From positions 1 to 22,519 of the forward strand of contig NW_021836936.1 in assembly GCF_006345805.1 (NCBI RefSeq): DNA of 22,519 bases, read 5' to 3'. The notes beneath the pieces were generated by a model. It saw only the letters and a program-made list of their open reading frames with translations. It was not told the DNA's origin and did no database searches. The number at the start of each line of letters is the position of its first letter. The stretch's first letter is position 1. Positions 10,001 to 21,711 of the stretch are shown here, piece after piece. This stretch comes from Octopus sinensis. Taxonomy: Eukaryota. Both the position numbers and the translations under genes were made by a program.

Positions 10001-11147
10001 AAGACATGTGAGGACTTAGAAACATATTGGTTTCACCTATTACATCTTTTTAACTGTAACCAATGCTAATCCAATTATGACAATCTCCACTTTTGTATTT
10101 CTCTCTACATTAGTCAACGTTCCGTTCCGTTTATGAAGATGGAATAAGGGTGTCTGATTGGAGTGAGCTTTTATCTCCCGCAAAGTGATGCAGAAGAAAT
10201 CCAGTTAATATTGCATGACCACATCGGAAACATATCATGTATATTTGAGTGTTAGAAGAGGTGGCAAATGCTATTGAATTTTCTGCTCTTTTAGGTAGAA
10301 GATCGGGGAAGCAGTTTTATTAAACCAAAGACCTTGGAGATGATAATGTAAATATAGTTAAATTGAATTGACTTTAAACTAAATCGGGCGTGGCTTTGGT
10401 TCAGGGATTCCAGTGTTTCGATGACGCTTGAAATACTTTAAGCTACTATTGTTCCAAAGTCCAATCTGATTCGATATAGTTGCACCTGTCAGGGTTTCAG
10501 CTATGTGTTAATTTAGAATGATTCGAAATTGCTTCCCGTTGAAGGCAACTTACAGATACTGCAATGGATCCAGCGCAGATGAGCGTTTCGAGCTTTTTAA
10601 ACTATTTATGTAAGAGAAGATAACTCCATAGAAATTCTGCAGCCTGATAACTACTGGACTCGTGACACACGTTTCATCATACCAATACAAGATCAAAGGA
10701 GGAGATAGTGGAACTCACTTTGTACAAAACATGGGTACTATAGTAATAAACCCCTGTTACCTTGTGGGGTAAATCATTGAGCATTTATGAAAAGGCTAAG
10801 GGCTTAAGCCCCTAAAGAAGATCTGGAGGGAGAGACCCTAAGAAAGATATGTATGGTTATACTTAACGCATTTCTAGCTTCTACTGCGGTTCCCTTGATG
10901 CTACAAACCTATTGAAATGCTTTTCCTTCGCGACGTATCCATGATTGTTGAGGTGGTTACACTACTTACTTCTGGGTTAGCCCGACACAGCAAAAGTTGT
11001 TAAGTTATTGTCTCTGCAATGGTGTCGGCAAAGGACACAAAGGCCAATCATAATTAAATCTGCTAAAGGGATTCATGTTAAATGGGACCTAGCTGGATTT
11101 AACCAAACTACCACTCTGCAAAAGGAAAACTTTTCCTTTCGATGTGC

Positions 11148-11378
11148 CAGTGTTTCCCAACCTATTTTCCCCCAGGCACCACTATATTTTTTTCAGAAAA
11201 ATGTATGTCCAGCTGGTGGTTACAAAAACGTATAGGCGTAGTATGATTATTGAGAAACAAGATTTTCATAATTCTATGTGTCACATAGAAAAAAGGGAAA
11301 AATTTTTGGATCCCACGCCCCACCACAATTGTCCTAGGCCCCACTGGCGGGACGTATGACCCACGTTGGGATTCGGTG
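11148..11378. mobile_element. Possible degraded hAT (Charlie-like) MITE
   Basis: Left end cagtgtttcccaacc; right end gacccacgttgggattcggtg is an imperfect inverted match. The right flank ttctacac resembles the Charlie NTCTAGAN target, but the left flank does not duplicate it. Confidence 0.4.
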
Positions 11379-11982
11379 TTCTACACGTTTCCTTCGTCCG
11401 ATTTTAATTCATACAACGAGGCAGTCGTAGCAGATATCACATCACTTTCCAACCTAAAACACCGAAAATACGAATCAAATATTTTCACTCCATTTCACAC
11501 AAGATGCGATTTGAACGACTCTGTAAAAACGTTTTTTTTTTCTGGAATCAATCGAATGTTGTTTTCGTCTTCAGGCATTCCTTTTACCAATATATTTAAC
11601 AAAATGGTCTCTTGTTACTACCGTAATTAGATGATGTTTCGCTACAAAATTTCCTCCAGCGTATTTACAAATTCCTAAGCAAAATCGACGCTGCGATAAC
11701 TGACAAAAGTAAAGGAAATACCATTCTTCGATTCTAATTCTCCACTAAAAGCGGTTGTTTGACAGAATCGATGGAGCGCTAGACAAATCCCTTTGCGGTA
11801 TTTGCTGTTTTCGTTCTTTAATATCCGGAATTCCAAATACTGTCGAGATCAAACTTGTCTTTTATCTTGCCCTATTCCAGGGTCATAGATTCGCGAAAAT
11901 GTCACAGAGTAAGAGTAATCCTTTTGAAATTTCTATCTAGATCCAAATATTCTGCAGTAGCACAAAATGTCAGTATCCCGTT

Positions 11983-12260
11983 TTATCTCTTTATTGCCCG
12001 CAAGGGGCTAAACATAGAGGGAACAAACAAAGACACACAAAGGGATTAAGTCTATTAGATCGACCCCAGTGGGTAACTGGTACTTATATAATCGACCCCG
12101 AAAGGATGAAAGGCAAAGTTGACCTCGGCGGAAGAATTTGAACTCAGAACATAACGGCAGACAAAATACCTATTTCTTTACTACCTACGAGTGGCTAAAC
12201 ACAGAGAGGACAAACAAGGACAGACAAGCGGATTAAGTCGATTATATCGACCCCAGTGCG
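11983..12260 (-). mobile_element. SINE family A, 5'-truncated multimer (partial body + full body)
   Basis: Reverse complement contains the tail ...gtagtaaagaaataggtatttt followed by a second body with B box gagttcaaatt and core gcctttcatcctttcggggtcga. Confidence 0.85.
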
Positions 12261-13277
12261 ATATAAGCTTTGTCTTTCATTTTGGGTTGGGGACGAGTTC
12301 AGATGGGATTCTTAAAAAGTTGGGCCAAGTTTCTTGCAGTTCTGATACGCTTCTTTACACTCTGAGTTTCCTCAGCGGTGACACTCTTGGCAATTTGTCC
12401 CTGTTCCCTGCCTTTATACTTCGGTTATATAAGTAGCATGGCATGAAGTGGCCCTGCATGGGCAACTGTTAATCATCCTTACAAAGCAGACCTGCTTCCT
12501 AAAGAAGTGCCGTCCAGGTACACGCTGAGGGATATATGTTTATCTTTGACGGACGGAGACCTCAGGCAAATAATGTTCCGTATTAAAATGCATTTTCTTA
12601 TAATGGGAATGAAATTATACGTTATCGCTCGACGTGCTGGAAATAGTAGGAATATATTCTCAAATCACAAATAAAGAAGAACATGTCGGTTATTGAAGCT
12701 TGCAATTAATTGCATGGATATATTGGATGGTCACACTGGTATTGCTTTGAATAGTAATCATTCTGCATTGACTTTAGCGTGGATCTAAATAACTAAAACA
12801 TCGACAACATGCTCAAAGCACATCCGTTACTTCCAGTTGATTCTAAAAACAAATTCCACTCCGATTAACATTGTCGTTACTTTTCAAAACTGTTTGATTG
12901 GCTGATATAACGAAAAATGCCAAAAGGGAAAAGGTAGAATCGTTAGAAGTTCATCGACCCTGCCAAGCGGTATTGCATTCGGTTCATAGTGTGCTAAGCT
13001 CAAATTTTAGCATTAATTTCTCTGGGTCGATTAAATAATGTATTGCTTATGTACTGGAGTGAATGGCAGTGACTAACCCCGCCTCACATTAAAATGACTA
13101 GCTTTGCTTTAAAATGTGGAGCTATTACTTGTTGTTGTTTTGTTCAGTTTTGTTGTTGTTTGTTTTATACCTGAAAGTTGAATATCCAGAATACAAAATG
13201 ACTGAATAGAATATATAAAAAAAGAAAATATACAAGAGAGCAGAAAACCAAGATTATTAATATTCGGAGTGGTCAAT

Positions 13278-13492
13278 GCGGCGAGCTGGCAGAAACGTTA
13301 GCACGCAAGGCGAAATGCGTAGCCGTATTTCATCTGCCGTTACGTTCTGTGTTCAAATTCCGCCGAGGTCGACTTTGCCTTTCATCCTTTCGGGTTCGAT
13401 AAATTAAGTACCAGTTGCATACAGGGGTCAATCTAATCCACTGAACCCCTTCCCCAAAATATTTCGGCCTTCTGCCTAGAATAGAAAAGAAT
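13278..13492 (+). mobile_element. SINE family A head and core with an alternative 3' tail
   Basis: A box tggcagaaacgttagc, B box gttcaaattcc, core gactttgcctttcatcctttcgg. The tail ccccttccccaaaat...ggccttctgcctagaatagaaaagaat differs from that of the 17108 and 19840 copies. Confidence 0.85.
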
Positions 13493-13496
13493 ATTC

Positions 13497-13781
13497 AGGT
13501 TGACGAGCTGTCTGAATCGTTAGCAAGCCGGTCAAAACGTTTAATGGTATTTCGTTCGTCTTCCCGTTCTGAGTAGAATTCTGATCATGCCGGATAAAAT
13601 GCTTCGCGGCATTTCGTCTGTTTTCACTTTCTGAGTTCAAATTCTGCCGAGGTAGACTTTGCTCTTCAAACTTTCGGGGTCGATAAAATAAGCACCACTT
13701 TAGCACCAGGGTTGCTGTACGTGTTTTGCATCCTGCCAACCGAATTTTGCTGGCCTTGTGCCAAAATTTGAATCTAATATT
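13497..13781 (+). mobile_element. Two further diverged SINE family A segments in tandem (truncated head, then an older copy)
   Basis: gacgagctgtctgaatcgttagc...ttctgagt stops at about 13574. A second copy follows with gcatttcgtctg...gagttcaaattctgccgaggtagacttt and tail ggccttgtgccaaaatttgaa. Confidence 0.65.
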
Positions 13782-14379
13782 CAATATGCTACGAAAGTGA
13801 GAACGTGATTAAATGTTTCGCTCCGAAAAATTTACTGGATCAAGACCGTATTAGTAGACTTTAGATACCCAAGAAATAAAAGTTACGTACGAAGGACTAC
13901 TGCCCACACTCGTAGGACGCTGCTGTTATTGAGCAAATCAAGATTTTCATCCTAATATGTTATACATCAGAAACTTCAACATAAAAGCAATTTACTAAAT
14001 TGTTTTTTTCGGAGATCGAAGTGGTTTCCCGATTTTCGCTACCTTGGCAGTACATTTAAATGAAAGCAGTTTTAATACTCTATTATTGATTCTGAAGGTC
14101 AATGGCTACGATTTGTGTATAAGAAAGGCCTCACTGCATCGATTAACTTATGCCCTGAGTACCCTAGAAAATAATACGCTAGGAACATCAAAACGTGCAA
14201 TTTTCTCCTTGCAGAAAATTGCTTTTTGCGGTTTAATCGCTTCGATTAAAGAATATAGACTATTTCCCTTAACGAAGAAGAAACCTGTGTATTATGATAT
14301 TGGGAGTATGTAGTAGTGGACGGTCAGCGATAAAGGCTGGTGGAGTTGCGATGGTATATAATATTATGACTAATATACA

Positions 14380-14443
14380 TACGTGTGTATGTGTGTGTGT
14401 GGCTCGAGCCGTGTACATAGACACTTGCACACACAAACACACT

Positions 14444-14503
<60 letters not shown>

Positions 14504-14758
14504 AGCATAAATAAGCATAGGTATAGGATAAAATACATTGTATATATGTAGACATATATAATATATATATACATACATACACATATGTAGATATACATAT
14601 ATATATATACATAGATATACATGTATATATATATATATGCATATGTATATTCATATATCTATATATATATATGCATGTATATATATATATATATATATTA
14701 TAGATGATTATGTATATATATATATATATATATGGATATATACATATATATATATATA

Positions 14759-14806
<48 letters not shown>

Positions 14807-14990
14807 TGATTATGTATATATATATATATATATATATATTATATGGAGATATATATATATATATATATGGATGATTATGTATTTACATATAGTTATATAT
14901 ATGCATACGTACAGACGCACACACACACTCGAACACAACACAGACACACACACACACGCACTCACGTGCGCGCACAAAGGAAGCACAAGT
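14380..14990. repeat. Compound (TG)n/(CA)n/(TA)n microsatellite block
   Basis: Direct sequence pattern. Confidence 0.95.
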
Positions 14991-15729
14991 ATATGTTCGT
15001 TCACGCATCCATGTCTAATGAGAAGAGTAATGAGGTAAATGTTGAGGAAGATAGAAAAATAAACTCAAAGAAAGATGGAAGGAAAATGGATGAAAAATGT
15101 AAATAAACCTCTAAGTAAATGGCATACAGTGTTACATGAGAAACGGTGGGGAGAAAGTCGTGGTAAGTGACGAAAGAGAAGACTGCGTACGCGGAATGTA
15201 AGATGGAAATTAGAAACACAAGCTGTTACGTAATGAAGCTTAATGTTATAGAGTACAAAAGGGATTGGTGAAAGGGTTAGTGATTCGGGAGAAATTGAGG
15301 GTAGGGCTAAATAGGATTATTATCAAAATGACAACTACGTGATGTAATAGCTATAAAGGAACTGAATTCTCACGGGGGTTATTTAGTAGTGGTTATTGGT
15401 GCGTCTAGAAGGAAATAAGATCGGGAATAGAAGCTATACGGTGTCTGATCGAAAAGTATAGGGTTCTGTAGCAATATTAAGGTAACTAAAATACGTATAA
15501 TGAAGCTACTTGTCACAGATTGACCTTGGCCTTTGTCGCTCATGCACATTGAGTTACAACGTTCTCGCCCCCTTTCGCTGTTTATAGTAAAGTGTGTAGA
15601 GTATGGTCGTCTTAAAAAAGAAGTCGAATTTCAGATGTGAAGTATCTCCCTGTTTAAAATCTTTTTGAAAACTGTTTCCCCAATTCAGAATCACAACATA
15701 TAAATACGCTATGCGTATGTGTATTAATT

Positions 15730-15891
15730 CATATATATATGTGTATATATATATATATATATACCGGAGTAAACACATACATGTGAAACAAGGTGGAAAA
15801 AAGAGGACTCAAATACCAGTGGTAGAGTAATATGCTTTATTTAAAGCAGCAGAAATTGTTGAATTTTCTGCTGCTTTAAATAAAGTATATG

Positions 15892-15931
<40 letters not shown>

Positions 15932-15949
15932 TATATATAATATATATAT

Positions 15950-15981
<32 letters not shown>

Positions 15982-15985
15982 CATT
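15730..15985. repeat. (TA)n microsatellites enclosing a short non-TA insert that ends in a fold-back hairpin
   Basis: TA runs at about 15730-15762 and 15886-15982; 21-bp inverted arms at 15835-15855 and 15865-15885. Confidence 0.9.
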
Positions 15986-16112
15986 CATGCACCTATACAT
16001 ATGCAGGTATACGGAAGTGGGTTGTTGATATCTAATCTTTTTGTAGCTATTTCGCTGTTGTTTCGACTCAAGTTAACCTCAACAGAAAACATCCATGATG
16101 GCACTCCTACCA

Positions 16113-16430
16113 TTTGTATCGAAAGGCAGTGTTCGTCATGGATCTCATTATCTAATTAACCTTTCCTCATTTACGTCTCCATTATCTCATGCATCTTTCA
16201 CAATTCAGTCTCACTTGAAAAGGACTTAACTTCTCTTTCGAGAAACTTTATCGACCAGGTAGAATCTTCCGTTTGTATCGAAAGGCAGTTTACATCTTGG
16301 ATCTCATTACCTAATTAGACTTTCCGCATTTAGAACCGCATTATCTAATGCATCTTTCACACTTTCGCTCGATATAAAAAGGACTTAACTTCACTTTCTA
16401 GAAGCTTTATCAACCAGGTAAAATCTCCCG
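16113..16430. repeat. Diverged tandem duplication, 2 x 159 bp
   Basis: Both units start tttgtatcgaaaggcagt (16113 and 16272). About 30 mismatches in a gap-free alignment by eye. Confidence 0.92.
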
Positions 16431-17107
16431 TCGCTGGTTGGTCATTATTTCGAACAGTGAGTGTATAAAACCACATTACATAGTGTATAGCAATGAATGT
16501 TTTACTGGCTTTCTACTCTATACATCTCATTAATTGTACACTTCCAAAGTATGTTTGAAATTCTGATAATTACCAAAGATCAAAAGGGCACAATCTAGTT
16601 AAGAGAAGCTGGGAGAAATTACTTGATATTGTGATTTATCTTCGAAACTATCACAGGCTTACCGACCACTTATACATACACGAAATCCAATAACATTAAC
16701 GCTACTCCTATTTATTCTGGAGATAGAACACACTTCATAATAGCCGACATTAATATTGTTGTAAGAGTATAAAAGTTCTCTCATTAAGATAATTCTTTAT
16801 TCTTCGCGTTGTTGCGGTCTCTGATTCTATGTAGATGCTGTAGGTCAGACATTCGTAGAAAAGAGAGCTAGTTATTGTCACTTTATCTCAGCCTTTCCAA
16901 ATAACCTTCTTTCAACCAAGTAATTATTTTTTTCTCCAGTGTATGACTGGTATATATATTTCAGTGATTTATAGATATGTAGAATATTAACAACGCTACA
17001 CTCAGCGACGCAGCGTCTGCTAGTTGTCGCAAAAGCAATGCTCAAAGACCCTCCATTCATCGATACACCGAACAATCTTCTTCGCCCAATATTCCCGGTA
17101 AATTAAT

Positions 17108-17526
17108 GGCGGCGTGCTGGCTAAAACGTTAGCACGCCGGGCGAAATGCCTAGCTGTATTTCGTCTGCTGTTACGTTCTGAGTTCAAATTCCGCCGAGGT
17201 CGACTTTACCTTTCATACTTTCGGGGTCGATTAAATAAGTACCAGTTACGCATTGGGGTCGATATAATCGACTTAATCCGTTTCTCTGTCCTTGTTTGTC
17301 CTCTCTGTGTTTGGCCCCTTGTGGGCGGTAAAGAAATAGGTATTTCGTCTGTCGTTACATTCTGAGTTCACATTCCGCCGAGATCGACTTCGCCTTTCAT
17401 CCTTTCTGGGTCGATAAATTAAGAACCAGTTACGCGCTGGGGTCGATGTAATCAACTTAATCCGTTTGTCTGTCCTTGTTTATCTCCTCTGTGTTTAGCC
17501 CCTTGTGGGCAGTAAAGAAATAGGTA
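17108..17526 (+). mobile_element. SINE family A dimer (one head + two 184-bp bodies)
   Basis: Body start tatttcgtctg at 17157 and 17341; both bodies end in taaagaaataggt. Confidence 0.92.
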
Positions 17527-17780
17527 CGGTCCTGAGGGACCTCCTATGTAGGGTCCTATCAAAAGCAACTGTCATTAGATTCTCCAGCAGTATTCCCAAG
17601 TATGAATAAATGAAATTATGTATATTGTCCGAACATTGCATTCTTGGTTTGTCCCTAGGTCTCCTGCTCGAAAGAAAAGGTAAAATTTTGGCGACATCTA
17701 AACCTTCACACATCTTAAATCATAAAATGTTATTTTGTAAAATATCTGCTTATCGGCCTAGAAACAAAATAATCTCAGTG

Positions 17781-18018
17781 AATACCTATTTCTTTACTGC
17801 CCACAAGGGGCTAAACACACAGGGTACAAACAAGAACAGACCAACGGATTAAGTCGATTATATCGACCCCAGTGCGTAACTGGTACTTACTTAATCGACC
17901 CCGAAAGGATGAAAGGTAAAGTCGACCTCGGCGGAATTTGAACTCGCAACGTAGCGGCAGACGAAATACCGCTAGGCATTTCGCCCGGCGTGCTAACGTT
18001 TCTGCCAGCTCGCCGCCT
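17781..18018 (-). mobile_element. SINE family A monomer, full length
   Basis: Reverse complement aaggcggcgagctggcagaaacgttagc...gagttcaaattccgccgaggtcgac...cagtaaagaaataggtatt. Confidence 0.92.
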
Positions 18019-18103
18019 TCATAGGTTTCTTCATTCTAGTGCGAAAAACCTGGAGGTGAATGACCGTAACAGCAAGAAAAGACAAAAGACGGTCGCATAC
18101 ATG

Positions 18104-18139
<36 letters not shown>

Positions 18140-18160
18140 AATACACACACACACATATAT
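18104..18160. repeat. (CA)n microsatellite
   Basis: Direct sequence pattern. Confidence 0.95.
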
Positions 18161-18463
18161 ACTTTTTACTCTTTTACTTGCTTAAGTCATTTGACTGTGG
18201 CCATGCTGGAGCACCGCCTTTAGTCGAGGAAATCGACCCCCAGGACTTATTCTTTCTAAACCTAGTACTTATTCTATCGGTCACTTTTGCCGAACCGCTA
18301 AGTTACGGGGGCGTAAACACACCAGCATCGGTTGTCAAGTGATGTTGGGGGGGGGCAAACACAGATACACAAACATATACACACACACATAATATATATA
18401 TACATATATACGACAGTGGGACTGAACCCGGAACTTACTTACCACACAGCTACTCCTAAGCCT
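18161..18463 (-). mobile_element. SINE family B with internally deleted tRNA-like head and LINE-like 3' end
   Basis: Head aggcttaggagtagctgtgtggtaag...gggttcagtccc has A- and B-box-like motifs that are abnormally close. The body matches 874-1050. The 3' end ggcggtgctccagcatggccacagtcaaatgac is followed by a short gtaaaaga repeat tail. Confidence 0.8.
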
Positions 18464-19049
18464 ATATATATATATTATATAATATACAACAATAAGACAA
18501 GAATAAATTAAATAACAGCCTGGATCAGATCAAAATACTTCACTCGCGTCGATACGTTCAACAAGAGACATTTGAAACTGGTGTCCACAAAATGGCGGCA
18601 GTCCCACGTCCGAAAACAAAACAGTATTATTAAAATATATAGTTTATTTTCTGTAGCCTTTCAGACACCATAATCATTGCAACATAACCAAAGGCATGCC
18701 GTGTATATCATTTCTAGTTTCATTCGAATGTTTAGTTTACTGTGTCACAACAGTTACTTTAATCCAAGCCATGCTTGACGCTGTCTTTTATTCCAGTTTT
18801 GGTCAATAAAATCGACACCAGTTTTATAGTTGTTCTTAATATATTGATTACAGGCGTTTTTCCATACAAAGTTTGCTCTGTATGTGTGGTGAATAAAAGC
18901 AGAGTTTTATGATTGTCACTGGACACTACACTACGCCGTTGGTGTTGTGATTTGAATTGTTAATGGCTGACATGTTAGCATCTAGCGTCTCTACATCTAT
19001 ACATCGACCTACGCACGTAGAGTAGGATAGCAGGATATGCAACGATAGA

Positions 19050-19067
19050 CATATATATATCTATACA

Positions 19068-19105
<38 letters not shown>

Positions 19106-19420
19106 CCCCTTTCGCTCTCCCTCTCCCTCTCTCTCTACCCCACACTCTCTCTCTCTATATATATATATAAATATATATATAATATATATTATTTATATAT
19201 ATATCTTATATTATATATATATATGTGTGTGTATACCGACATATAAATACATATGCACAATTTACATATTACATGATATTATATATATACATATATATCT
19301 ATGCATACACACACACACACATACCCAAACACACACACACATATATAAGTGTATATATGTGTATATATATATATATGTATGCGTATGTATGTATATATAT
19401 CTATATTATGTGTGTGTGGT
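19050..19420. repeat. Compound (CT)n/(TA)n/(CA)n microsatellite block
   Basis: Direct sequence pattern. Confidence 0.95.
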
Positions 19421-19839
19421 TGTCTATATACAGGTAGCAAAAAAGAAAGAGAGACAGGCAGACAGAGTAAGAAAGGTTGTGTGAGAGTGAGATGGGATGG
19501 AACTTGCTAGTGTTATACAGTGCCAGAAAGGAGACTCAAAGCTATATAAACTGAAACTGTCTTTGTTTGCAAGGGTAACAGATGAGATAGGAAATACATG
19601 AATTGGAAAGAGAAACCATCAACACAAAGAACAAGGAAGAGAAAGAGAGTGAGTGTGTATGTATATGTGTATGAATGTATAAATGTCAAAGGAGGGGGTA
19701 ATGAACATCGGCTGAGGGAAAATGCCAAGGTCCAGATAATCTGCCGATAGTTTACTGGTTCGTATTCGGCCAGAAGGTTTTTAACCCACTAGCCCGCTTT
19801 CAAGTGTCCTCGCTCTTGACTTGCGGTTAAACCGGGTTG

Positions 19840-20449
19840 AAGGCGGTGAGCTGGCAGAATCGTTAGCACACCGGGCGAAATGCGTAGCCGTATTTCGTCT
19901 GCCGCTACGTTCTGAGTTCAAATTCCACCGAGGTCGACTTTGCCTTTCATCCTTTCGGGGTCGAGTAAATAAGTACCAGTTACGCACTGGGGTCGATGTA
20001 ATCGACTTAATCCGTTTGTCTGTCTTTGTTTGTCCTCTCTGTGTTTAGCCCCTTGTGGGTAGTAAAGAAATAGAAGTAGGTATTTCGTCTGCCGCTACAT
20101 TCTGAGTTCAAATTCAATCGAAGTCGACTTTGCCTTTCATCCTTTCGGGGTCGATTAAATAAGTACCAGTTACGCACTGGGGTCGATGTAATCGACTTAA
20201 TCCGTTTGTTTGTCCTTGTTTGTCTCCTCTGTGATTAGCCCCTTGTGGGTAGTAAAGAAATAGGTATTTCGTCTGCCGCTACATTCTGAGTTCAAATTGC
20301 ACCGAGGTCGACTTTGCCTTTCATCCTTTCGGGGTCGATTAAATAAGTACCAGTTACGCATTGGGGTCAATATAATCGACTCAATCCGTTCGTCTGTCTT
20401 TGTTTTTCCTGTCTGTGTTTAGCCCCTTGTGGGTAGTAAAGAAATAGGT
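19840..20449 (+). mobile_element. SINE family A trimer (one head + three bodies) with a 15-bp target-site duplication
   Basis: Bodies start at 19891, 20081 and 20265. ggttaaaccgggttg occurs at 19825-19839 and 20447-20461. Confidence 0.93.
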
Positions 20450-20496
20450 TAAACCGGGTTGGTACCATTGTCATGTTACCCCTGACTGACCAGAGC

Positions 20497-20785
20497 AATA
20501 GCCAAGGCGTTCCATCCATGACTCCCTCCCAACCGCGGCCATTACATAATTAGTCTGTTAAATTAGTTACTCGTAGAGACACCGTATCTTGTTTTGCAAC
20601 CATAATCCACTAACAAGTGTGCTGAATGTTTGTCAGTCAATAGTGTATTATACATTTGTGTTTGCAGTGCGATGCAATTAGTTTTGAGATGATATAATGG
20701 TAATTAAACCTACATCATGCAATACGTCGTTCCTTTTTCAAGAAAATGTGTTGCAAAATCAGAGTTATTTGGTTTTCATATTTAT
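20497..20785 (+). repeat. Left arm of a ~290-bp inverted repeat
   Basis: Reverse complement of 22197-22486. Confidence 0.95.
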
Positions 20786-20971
20786 GTGGTCGAGCGATCA
20801 TATAGTGAATCCCCAAGTTAAATACTGTTAATTGATGTAAGTGATGGACTTCTCGGATGAGGGAGTTGTTGCTGTGTAGGTCCATGTGACCTGCGACCGA
20901 GCAAGCAAATCTATTGAATTATGACGCTAGGTTAATGTTGGTATTTAGCACACGATTAGTCCTGAACGTGT

Positions 20972-21358
20972 GGAGGCACAATGGCCGAGTGGTTAGGGCA
21001 GCGGACTCGCGGTCGTAGGATCGCGGTTTCGATTCCCAGACCGGGCGTTGTGAGTGTTTATTGAGCGAAAACACCTAAAGCTCCCACGAGGCTCCGGCAG
21101 GGGATGGTGCTGATCCCTGCTGTACTCTTTCACCACACTTTCTCTCACTCTTACTTCCTGTTTCTGTTGTACCTGTATTTCAAAGGGCCGGCCTTGTCAC
21201 TCTCTGTGTCACGCTGAATATCCTCGAGAACTACGTTAAGGGTACACGTGTCTGTGGAGTGCTCAGCCACTTACACGTTAATTTCACGAGCAGGCTGTTC
21301 CGTTGATCGGATCAACCGGAACGCTCGTCGTCGTAACCGACGGAGTGCTTCCATCCAA
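20972..21358 (+). mobile_element. SINE family C, full length, with degenerate TSD
   Basis: Colinear with 9289-9678. Flanks tcctgaacgtgt (20960-20971) and tcctcaacgtat (21359-21370) match 10/12. Confidence 0.9.
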
Positions 21359-21550
21359 TCCTCAACGTATTGGCGAATTCAAGCAACCATTACATTCGTG
21401 ACCATTATGTCTATTTAGAATTTCTCTAAAGTATGACATACAAAATGTTGGAATCAGACTCGATCTTATGTAAATTCACAGATGCAAACAAGATCAACAA
21501 ATATCATTTATAATAGTAGTGGTATGTAAGGATTTGGGACCAGGAGGATA

Positions 21551-21711
21551 GTTAGTTACACCGACCCTAGTTCTTGACTTGTGCTTATTTTATCGTTCCC
21601 GAAAGGCAAAGTCGATCTCGACGGAATTTGGATTCAGAAAGGTAAAGAACCGGAAGGAAAGCTGTTAAACATTTTGTTCGGCGCGGTAACGATTCTGACA
21701 GATCCCTGCCT
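21551..21711 (-). mobile_element. Old, diverged SINE family A copy
   Basis: gaaaggcaaagtcgatctcgacggaatttggattcagaa and cgcggtaacgattctgacag are reverse-strand matches to the core, B box and A box. Confidence 0.7.

Noticed and set aside
10800-10811. 12-bp palindrome gggcttaagccc
   Set aside because: It is short enough to occur by chance and has no supporting context.
11570-11599. Minus-strand LNILVKGMPE, reminiscent of a LINE ORF1 RRM motif
   Set aside because: It is an isolated short motif with stops nearby and no supporting downstream domains.
16095-16229. 44-aa ORF (MMALLPFVSKGS...) over the first unit of the 159-bp duplication
   Set aside because: It is short, has no recognisable motif, and the second unit has no start codon.
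17315-17335. Two A>G differences in the SINE tail as possible retrotransposed editing scars
   Set aside because: Two transitions are expected from ordinary divergence, and there is no cluster.
19781-19790. ttaaccc as a possible piggyBac-type left end enclosing the inverted repeat
   Set aside because: There is no matching right end in the window, and the right arm's flank does not mirror 20462-20496.
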